DNA of 64,000 nucleotides from Haliotis rufescens (lineage: Eukaryota). The DNA is taken from the NCBI RefSeq assembly GCF_023055435.1, contig NW_025964001.1:39060001-39124000 (forward strand), in the 5' to 3' direction. A program made the position numbers and the translations under genes. Shown here one piece after another: positions 54,021 through 64,000 of the stretch. The notes beneath the pieces were generated by a model. That model was not told the DNA's origin. It did no database searches and worked only from the letters and a program-made list of their open reading frames with translations. The stretch's first letter is position 1; every line of letters begins with the position of its first letter.

Positions 54021-55606
54021 CAATGAAAAGTGTGTATTTCACCTGTTCTATTCTCTATTCTTGGCTTGTTGAAGCCATACGTCAGTTTTGTTTTCAGTTA
54101 TACTACAGCCAGACAAGTAAGATAGGTGCAATGTGAAGGGTGAACGCTAGAGAATTCAATTATCCACCGAAACAGATTCCATTGAGCGTGAAAAGCAAAA
54201 TACCGAAAGACCAGTTTATTTAGCCCTGACAGAAATGCATGTTGCGTACTAGTAGGCAACTCGTCTGAGTTTGTCATTGGGAATAATACTGTTGTACCAA
54301 GTTGTACGCCATGAAACCGCCAAATAACGTAAATTGATTAAATTTGGCTTTTTGATATTATGACATAACACTCGTATACAATTTTCGTTTTGTGTTTATT
54401 GATTATAAACTGTTATGTTATACATACGAATGTCCCTCGTAGCACATCAAAACAGATTAAATTGTTATTAGACATTTTCCTGTGCCATACCAACAAGTGC
54501 AAAGTCAGTAGATTCTGGTTGATCCGAGTTTTGAGTAGATTGTGTTGTGGCTGTCGGTCCTGCAGTTCGTCTGTGAATCACCTCGACTGGTCTTCTTTAG
54601 CCATCGACTACATCTTCCCTTCTTAGTCACACAACAAAAAATGATTAAAAAAGATATAATATTGACGCCAACGCCAGAGAATAGCCGGTCTTGTTTAATT
54701 GTTTGCCTCATACAAATGCTGATGTAACAGTGTATATCAGAGAACAACGATTTTTTCATACTGCACACCTAATTCTATTGCAGGTAACAATACCACCAGA
54801 AGACATTATCCACTTCGTTCATATTTTCACACTCATCGTATAATAGCAGACGACCGTCTTACACTATTAATTCGAGATAGAATTGCGGTTGGTTTGTTGC
54901 AAATGCAATGCCAACAGATCGGCAATTCGAGCGGGGAACATAAGAATTGTACCTTTTGTGTTAGCGGGGTACATTGAAATTAATAGAATGGGTCTCAACC
55001 ATTCAGAATCCGACAATAATATGAAAGGTAAAATAAATAAATACCTGTTTATATATATACGGATATATATGCTGGACAGATACACATTACTGGTATCTAT
55101 AAACAAAATAAGATTATCAGACTTTGGAATGATGATCTGTGTCAACGATGTAAACGACCAAACCTCATTTATCATAGAACGTATTGCCCTAAAATGATTA
55201 ATGGAAATTGATGTGTCAGCAAGAATGGTCAATGTTGACTTGCTGGAAATTGATTTTCAGATCAATGTCCATTGTTTATTCACTATAATGAATTCATTGC
55301 TGGACTTAATGGGCTGTCATATTGCAGTGTTGATTGACCAGGACAGTGTCCGTTCAGCAAAAGATGAAGAATACTTCTGACAGTGTCTGCTGGGATTGGT
55401 GAAACTTCAACAAAGACAAGCACAATACAAATCCATCTAAATGAGACTGTTGTATTGTGGTGTAGTGTTCTGCTGATGCTAGTAGTGACGCTTGCTGGTT
55501 GGTGAGGCTGAGAGGCATTGATCAAATTGATACGGACTGTATGGAAGTGTTGCACATCTGCCTTCGACCTGAACATAGCTGGCTTTTCTCTGCACAGGCG
55601 TCAAAC

Positions 55607-58600
55607 ATGAAAGTTGAAACCATCACACAATCTGGTGTTCACATCACTGGTAATCAAAAGCTGAGCCGGACCCCTTTCACATCCATTGAGGACAAACTAC
55701 AACCAATTTTAATGTCTATGAAAATATTTGGGATTTACTTTGATCCAACACAGGCCAAAAACAAAGTGGAACCATCGGAAACATATACGTCCCAGGAAAA
55801 ACCACCAAGACTGTGGCGCTCCATCAACCGTCTATACTGTTATACGGTTCTCCTCTTACTGTGGTTCAACGTTGGCCGATGTGCAATTGGGGTGTTCCCT
55901 CTTAACGAGGGTTTGCCCCTAAGGATAATTTTAATGACATGGATGTTGCTTTGCGCACTAAACGCTACTATCGTGATCACTGCATGCCAGAAACTAACAC
56001 ACCTTCGCTGTTTCTACAAGCATTGGGATTCCTTGTTCCAGTGCCCTGTTACAGATAGCTTGGGCTGTGGCTTTTTATTTTCACGACATTATTGCAGAGT
56101 TGGTACAGCAGCTGGCTGGTTTGTAAGTCTTGTTAACATTGCTGCTCTCTGCGTCTTCATGTTTGGCAATTTACCCCTGTCACCTGTTTACATCACAACT
56201 TTTGCCCGACCATTCCCAGAGTCACAATTGGTGGTCATCTTCAGCGTTGTCCTGCACGTGTTTCAATCGGGGGCATGGATTTTCCCGATTATATTTATGA
56301 GCATAACTTCTCGAGTCATACGAGCACAGTTCTTTCGGTTCGGACAGGTCCTCTCAAAGCAAATCGAGCAAGCAGACGGACACATCCCTCATCAACTGCC
56401 AGAACTGAGGTTTCGCTACACACAACTGTGCCAGGCTGTGGATATCATCAATAGAAGCTACAAATGGCTCCTTGGAACGTGTTTCATTCTGAATATCTTT
56501 CTGGCCTGTTTTGTGTCCTATGAGATAATCAACGGCCCGTTGGACACTTTTGTCATCACAGTTAATGTATTCTGGCTTGGAGGTAGTGTTGTGTGCATCC
56601 TTGTGTTAGCAATAAGCAGCTCCGATGTTCATGATGCAGTAAGTGTTCTAGAAAATTCGTGAAAAACATTATTTGTCCTTAAGTTCTTTTGTTGTTGTTT
56701 TTGTAAATAGTGTCCAAATTTTGTTAATCGTTCCTTGACATGCTGAATGTTCTTCAAAATAATGTCTTTTGAACAAACAGAACTATTTGCTTCCTCGTTT
56801 TATCAAAGGAAGGAAATTGCATGTCTTGAAGTGCTGACTGAAAAATAGTCTGTCTAAAACAAAATTCCCACAATGCTGCCTCTTGGGTATCGAGAGATGA
56901 CTACCCCGCCACACCGCACGTGTTAGAAGAGGCAGTCAGTTGTACTACCTAAAGATGAATTAAAGATATATGTAAACTATGTATAAAGGTTGACACAAAA
57001 ATCAATTATCTACGCATGAGAGGCTAAACTTGTGTCATGTCACAATTTATAGTATCAGGTTATTTAACATAAACGTTTAATTTTCAGGCTCATTCTCTTC
57101 TGGATGACATATTCAGCATCGGAACACGGGATGCTTCTGTGGAGCAGCTGGGACAGGTATGCTTTGATGTCAACCGTTCAGTATTTTTCAACAAAAATTG
57201 GCAGATATGTCGAACAGGTCCTGAAATGGTGGCCTTTGCTATTAACAGGATTTGGCCATTATTATTTTTCTTGATTTCCATGGAAACAATTTCTGCTTAC
57301 TCTCACAAAGGGGTGGATTTCGTTCCCAGAGCACAACTCAAAAAACATTTAATATCTTTCAACAAAACTTGGCAAATATATCAAACAGATCTTGAAGTCG
57401 TGCATTTTACTATTTGCAGATTTTTGGCATTTATATTTTTCTCGATTTCCATGGAAACAAATCAGACTTAGTCTCAAAAAGGGTGGGGGTAGGTGTCGTT
57501 TCCGTAGCACAGCTTGAAAACTGTGAAAGACTTTTCATCCAAACCTAGTACATGTATTAACCGGAGGCTGAAGTGGTGCCTTTTGCTATTTAGGAATTTC
57601 CCTCTTTCCATGGAAACATGACTTACCTGAAACGGAGCCAGGGGGGAGTTTCCGGATCAGAACTAAAATGTATTAATCAAGGGCTGAAGTGGTGCCTTTT
57701 GCTATTCGGGATGTATTTATCACCAATTTGATGGTCGAGCATCTTTGTGATTAGTTTGGACGAAAGGTTAGAGCCATGGATCCTCCAGTACACAATCTAA
57801 AAGAGTTGACCCAGGTATTGCATGCAGAATGGCAACACATCCCTCAGTTAGGGATCTGATTTTGAGCATGAGGGGACGTCCTGCGGATTTCATTTGTGTA
57901 CGGGGTGACAACACCAGATACTGACTAACACTGTTGATCATTTAACTGTGACATGGGTACAACGTTACTAAGACACGTACCAATACTGCCTCTATTTAAC
58001 TCCAATTACAGTTCTTGTAGTTGCTGGCGAAAAAAAGATGCTTTGTTGCTCACATTTCCTGTTATTCAGTAAACTAACATCTTGTTTGACATCAAGAAAC
58101 AGTTTCCAGCTTCTGCTTACCTATCTCGTTTCTGATTATCAAGCAATCTTGGTGGTGCGATACTTTTGACGATGTGCATATGCAAGTTAACAGGAATATT
58201 CAACATACTTATCTTACCCTTGGACATATGTATGGCTCGTCTCACCTTCTGGCTTACCTTATGATACACACTTGTAACTTATGACCTAGGATTGTATTCA
58301 GAGACACATGAGATATCAATTTCCATTTGAAAAGGTAAGTAAACATCAAAATATGAAATTATACACATAGAACTATTAGCTTTTGACGTTACTCTCTTTT
58401 CAGCTTAACCTGTTTGTGTCGAAATTGACAGGCACATCCATTGGGTTCACAGCTATTGACTTCTTCGTCATCACTAAAGAGTTCTTACTGACTGTAAGTA
58501 TGACTTTATGGCACAGTCAATGTTCTGATCGAAAAGGATCCCGCAATGGGATCATGGTGACATACCATCGGTTCAGTCACAGGGTCATCCGATCAAACAA

Positions 58601-59000
58601 ATGGGTGATGAGGACCTATTCTGGCCGAGACCCCAAGGGGTCATAATGCAACAAAGACTGATTGTGAGAGTGAGTTTGGTTTAACACCAATTTGATCTGT
58701 ATGACACATATAAAACGGCGTATCAAATTCATGAGGATACTTTAAGAACGGTGCTGACAAACCAAGTAGCATAATCAGGGAGAATATGGGATATGTTCTG
58801 GCAAGCCTAGGGGACGCACGTCAAAAAGAAGACTGTGCTACATTTTCTGATTATATAGGTTTATTAGTAGTTATAAACGCATAGTTATCATCAGTACTCT
58901 GTTCAGAGAAGTTCTTGGTCCTTCTAATTGCCTCCTGTTTCAGCTGGGTGGACTGTTCATGACCTATTTCTTCCTCCTGCTCCAGTTCAAGATAGCCTGA
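55607..59000 (+). CDS. GRL gene 4 (most divergent paralog); exons 55607-56638, 57088-57156, 58404-58493, 58944-59000; 415 aa
   Basis: Exon 1 MKVETITQ...SSDVHDA|gtaagt; exon 2 AHSLLDDIFSIGTRDASVEQLGQ|gtatg; exon 3 LNLFVSKLTGTSIGFTAIDFFVITKEFLLT|gtaagt; exon 4 LGGLFMTYFFLLLQFKIA*. Confidence 0.9.
57727..57925 (+). mobile_element. Tc1 transposase C-terminal fragment in intron 2 of gene 4
   Basis: VEHLCD*FGRKVR...PPVHNLKELTQVLHAEWQHIPQ...GDNTRY*. Confidence 0.65.
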
Positions 59001-60548
59001 TTCACCGAGTACACACAGAAGTGATGATGGCACCTGCCTTGTGATCCCAATGTATAAATGAATGAGATTCTATGAAAATGTTTGCATGGGCTTTGAATTT
59101 TTGAAAGGCACAAGGTGTTGAATTTCTCGCAATGCTTGACGAGGTTTTACTTGTAGAACAAATACGAAAATGTAATGTGGGGCAATTCTAGCCTGAAAAA
59201 AAGGAACAGATTGCGCGCATTCCTTCTTGATCAGCCAGACCCGTAAAAATAATGAGATGGTCCATAGCTGTGTTGTCCGTGTTTCACACATGCGTATCTC
59301 CGCATGTTCAACCTCAGTAGCTTCAGAGATCAGGAACCGCAGTCTTGCATTCTTTGTTTGTTGCTTAAAAACGTCGCATTCTTTGTTTGTTGCTTAACGT
59401 CGCATTCAGCTGCAGTGTTTAATTGTTTGTTTGTTGTTTATTGCCATAGTGTTGCAGCAAGGAATGTAGTGCCCTTGATGCTGTGAATCACTGGCGACGT
59501 AAATAAGTATCATGTGTCTTTGTTTTCACACTGGTCCGACACTTGTTGTCATGAAACGCACAATCATCCGCCAAAGATGCTGGGCACAACCTGAGAGTTT
59601 CTCTACGTTAACATACATAGGCATTTGGTTCCACGAGTTTAAGTTTAATGAAAGAAAGGTAAGATACAATTTCTTTATTCTTTAACTTTGCTATGCACTA
59701 CCTATCCATGTGTGGATCATCCATCATATTTCCACCAACATAGAGAAAGAGGAGTTGAGCACCATTTAACTGTCAGTCAAGTCTAGATGCAACAGGCTCG
59801 GGGCATGCTCTGTACACCAACATGAGGACAGGGGAGCAGATGAGGATGTGGGGCACATTTTATGGTTTAGATATAGTTTGAACCAAATAGCTTGAGTAGG
59901 TCGAAATACAAGAACAATTTAGTTCAATCTCTTCTTATTTACGTGACATTCAGTGCCTTGGGTCTGTCCGTTTAGTGTCAAAGGTAAACGGTAATTCAGT
60001 TTCAAATGCAAGATGTTTAACATTTTTGAAGTGACATGTACCATTTGTTAGGTCTGTCCCCTCCTTTCGTGTGTTTTCATTGGGCAGACACAGTACACAC
60101 TGCATTTAGTCAATTTTCATTAAAATACATATTACTTTATTTCATTATGTTTGTTGTATCTTCTTTTTCTTTAATAAAAAATTGTGTGATCATGAAAAAT
60201 GAAAGTGTTTTCTTGTTTGTACCAGTTGTTTTCTGGAATCATGACTGAATATATACTACTATATGTTCACTGGATATGACAATGACCAAACTTACTCCAA
60301 TAAGTATGTATGTCTTTATGATTCATGTCCAACTGGTCCCACTTCATACAAGTACAATAGATTTGTGGTTATCACTTGACTCAAACAATTCTCCGTCATT
60401 CGTAAGACAAAACGAAGAAACCCGTAGCGTCGTATTATGTCAATACAACAACTTTGAAGGGTCTGAGACTCCCAATGGCGGTACCTCGCTGTTCCTTTGT
60501 GCTACAGTTTGTCGTTGCGTGACTTTGCAGTGGCTGGCATAACAGTTG

Positions 60549-60807
60549 GACCCGTGAAGATCCAGGGTAGAATAGGTCTTCAGCAACCCATGCTTGCCGT
60601 AAAAGGCGATATGCTTTTGTACGAGGCGACTAACGGGATCAGGTGGTCAGACTCGCTGACTTGGTTGATGCATGTCATCGTATCCCAATTGCGTGGATCG
60701 ATTGTCATGATGTAAATCACTGGATTTTCTAGTCCAGACTCGATAATTTACAGAACGCTGTCATAAAGATGTAATATTGCTGAGTGCGGCGTTAAACAAC
60801 GAACAAA
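60549..60807 (+). mobile_element. SINE-like family A, full length
   Basis: TSD CATAACAGTT. Confidence 0.85.
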
Positions 60808-60833
60808 CATAACAGTTTGAGCAACAGAGATCA

Positions 60834-60892
<59 letters not shown>
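60834..60892. repeat. (CA)n microsatellite
   Basis: Directly visible. Confidence 0.95.
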
Positions 60893-60893
<1 letters not shown>

Positions 60894-63800
60894 GCACGCA
60901 TTTAGAGGCATATTTATAATATTTCACGTGGTTCTCGTGTAGTGTTTCTCGTCTGTATTGTTATATTGGGTTATGCGTTTGGTCGTTGATTCCAACAATG
61001 AAGTTTTCAATTTTATACCATATGGTATCTTTTATGTATCGCGTATCGTTAATGTGCTGCTGTCTTTCATATTTGCATGTATGTATGTAAGATATGTACC
61101 TTGCGTTTTTTTTCTTTTGATTAATATATTAATTCATTTGGCTATATAATGTAATCTGTTGTCAGGGGACATATTTTCGGATTTTACAGGCATGAAACAA
61201 TTCAAATGTGTTTTTATACATCTTACCAAAGCTTCCTTGGCCTTGCGGTCTCTGAAAAACGTTTTAAATATTTTTGTACTTTTTCAAAGAAGTACTTTTA
61301 TGCCATGAAAACCTCCATGATCAAAGTTAAGTTTGGCAGAAGAAATCAAAAGTTAACAGACAAACGAACACAAGTCACACAAAAGATCAGTCCCAAAATG
61401 AAAGAAAGACGAAATGAAATGCTTCAGATTGTATCAGTGTCCAAGCTGCCCCCACTGTGTTGCAAAACGAATATATTTCTTAAACTTTTTATTTTTATTT
61501 ATAAGCAGCAGAAACTCTGCAATTCTACACAGCATATCGTGTTCATTAGTTGCAACAACACATTATTGCGTCACTTTGATTGTCTGGTTTGTACACAGGC
61601 CGCCGTAGCATGGCAGAAGTATTGCTGTGCAGCGTATGACAATAAATACTTACTTGTTTATGCAAAGTGTGTGGGTGGTGTGTGCTACCGGGAGGACAGG
61701 GCATGCTTACCCTTTTCCCGAACACATGGTGTTATCGTTGATTTTCTAGGGGTCCATTCATATCATTTTTGCAGCTATTTTGCCCTTTACGCCAATTTTT
61801 CGGCGGATACTCTAGAGTGGTTATTCTCTTGCATTGACAATAAAATTCATACGAAAAAAAGAAAAGGAAAAATGCGTCTTTCATTTCTCTCACAGAAATT
61901 AAGCTAAAGAAGGATAAAGTCAGAACGTTCTCAATTCTTTACGTTATAACGGTTTTTTCATCCTAAGATACAAAATTGACTTAAAATTATTTTTCCATTA
62001 TGATGACACACACATACACACAAACACACACACAAACACACTTTCTCCACTGTATATGGCAATTATGTTAGGTGTGTGCACATAATAAAGTATTTGGTTT
62101 TCCTGTGATCTGAAACTATGATGTCAAAAACAAATTTAGCATGACATTGAAAATATTTAAAGCTTCAAAATGCCAAGTATATCATTGGCTTCGTCATCTG
62201 AAATGTCTTCACTGCTAGAACTATCTTCCAAATAGGTGATAAGAGCACACACATATGGTGGTAGGATAAACTGATGAGATGACACTACCTCTTTTTCTAA
62301 TCTGTTACGTTCCTGTTGGCTCGTCAATGTTCAAAGGGCGAGTCTGTGACGATATAGTCTCTTTTTAATTCCATCTTCTAGCAGTATTGTTTCCATGCAT
62401 AGATTGTGAAGAATAGTATATTGTTAAAAAGAGTAATGCTGGCCTTTAACTGTGACTTTGTTAATGACTTAAAAGTGCTCGACGTTGCACAGCTACTGTT
62501 TCATTAGAAAATTCATATTCTTGTAAACACTCTCAATAATATTTTCACTTCTAGATCAGTCCGTTTATAGATAAAAGAGTATGGTCCGTGAAATCTCTCT
62601 GGAAGATCAACTGTATGGGTTAGCGCTTCTTGTTAGGATTTTATGTACCCTTTTTTCATAAGCAACACATGTTGAATTTCAGTATTTGTTCTTCTGACGT
62701 GTTCATGGCAGCACTGACAGACACACTGGGAGGAATGAAGCTGACAATCTTCCTTGAGTAGATCTTGCTCATATCGTAGCTGTTACTTGACTGATGGATA
62801 TTGTTGAACTCTGCTATTTAAGTTCATAGAGTAAAATACCTGTTCAGATTTTGATTCTCAGGATACTCAGGATTCGAATTAGGACAAACATCTACCACGC
62901 GATTATTATACTTCCCTATATGAATCTGTAAAATATTTGGCTTGTCCTGGAAAAATTTGTGAGGAGAGAATTTTATATACATGAACGTGGGTTGGACATT
63001 ATGAAAGGCATATGGGTATCCAGATATATACTTCTGTTACTCTCTCCTTTAGGATAGGCTGACTGCTGTATGTTCAACACTGTTTTACCCAAATGATGAG
63101 ATAGGGTGCTTACAGATTTAACGTGAGATGGCTTTTACATACTTCCATCATTAAATCATTAAGCACAAAAGCCATATGTTATTCGATTGTTCAGACCAAG
63201 AGTACAGTTCTATTTTTGTTGGTAGGCTTTTGTGAAACAATACGTTTTTCATAGACGTTTGCACTTCTGTATACATGTCTTGCCTTACTGCATAACATTA
63301 CACGATGAGGTCAGGTGGCTTATCAAACATCGCTCCAGCATTCTGAAAGATTCTTTCAGTGAGATAGGGTTTTTCCCACTACAGTACTATGACTCCGATA
63401 TGGTAGAGGGTGTTTGTATAGGTAACAGACATTCTGCTTGGTCTGAGGTCTCACTCGTTGAGTCTGTGTGTTCATACATCGTCGCCGTCGTACGACTGGT
63501 CGGTCTGGACATGAAGTATGTTGTAACATTCGACTAGAACTAAATACATGGGCTATATACTTTCTCATTTATACGGTAACACGAGCTAAAGATCTCTCAC
63601 GTCTGAAAAAACATTGATGCGGTTTGGTTTTAAGATGAAATTATGAGTTGCGTATGTCAAAATAACAACCGTTTCCGCCTGGGGACGGTTATACTCGAAC
63701 GTACAAACTGTCTCAGTGCAGACAATAACGAATTATTGGGGTTACTCTGAGGAAACCATCGCCTCTCATTTCTAATCACGACTAACCGGTTCTCCAGTAA

Positions 63801-64000
63801 CCGTCTGAGAATGGCTACCATTCCTAATATCTGCTCCCTCTATAATATCTTCCGAAATCTCACACTCTTAATATAGATCTCTATATTTTTTATATCTTTC
63901 CTAATAACTGGTATGTACCCCCAATGGATAAAAGTGGAAGTTGGATTCCTCTCTCAAGGCAGCTCGACTCCTACTTGAGAACAATTACACAGATTACAAA

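Noticed and set aside
54883-55197. Protein kinase from KIRLSDFG
   Set aside because: No HRD, VAIK or APE motifs nearby; likely chance.
1333-56662. ORF-track starts and stops of the four long ORFs as complete single-exon genes
   Set aside because: The listed starts are non-ATG codons upstream of the conserved ATG, and the ORFs run past GTAAGT donors into introns; TM7 is encoded by downstream exons.
1381-59000. Rhodopsin-type GPCR identity for the 7TM proteins
   Set aside because: No DRY or NPxxY motifs; the TYxxxxxQF motif and intron pattern point to Gr/GRL.
61206-61907. 233-aa ORF
   Set aside because: Made of repeat fragments (matches 12050-12150 in reverse and the 47015-type repeat) with no protein-like pattern.

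Overview
AT-rich animal genomic DNA, not prokaryotic; the repeat content suggests a mollusc or other lophotrochozoan, but the species cannot be determined from the sequence. The main content is a tandem cluster of gustatory-receptor-like (GRL; insect Gr/Or-superfamily 7TM ion channel) genes. Four intact + strand genes (1381-5752, 16531-21655, 28570-34296, 55607-59000; 407-415 aa) each have one ~1 kb exon and three small exons (69, 90, 54-57 nt) separated by phase-0 introns, and end in the family motif TYFFLLLQF. The ORF track shows only exon 1 of each; I assembled the spliced models by hand. There is also an inverted GRL pseudogene (49182-50625) and a decayed second exon 1 inside intron 1 of gene 2. 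The rest is dense with transposable elements: four SINE-like families sharing one 3' tail (one has no tRNA head and a fixed, pseudoknot-like 5' end), Tc1 remnants, L1/Tx1 and RTE-X-like LINE remnants, solo LTRs, a piggyBac-like element, a MITE, Penelope-type hammerhead motifs (one pair as a ~200 bp inverted repeat) and a 22-bp minisatellite. There is an assembly gap at 48694-48829.
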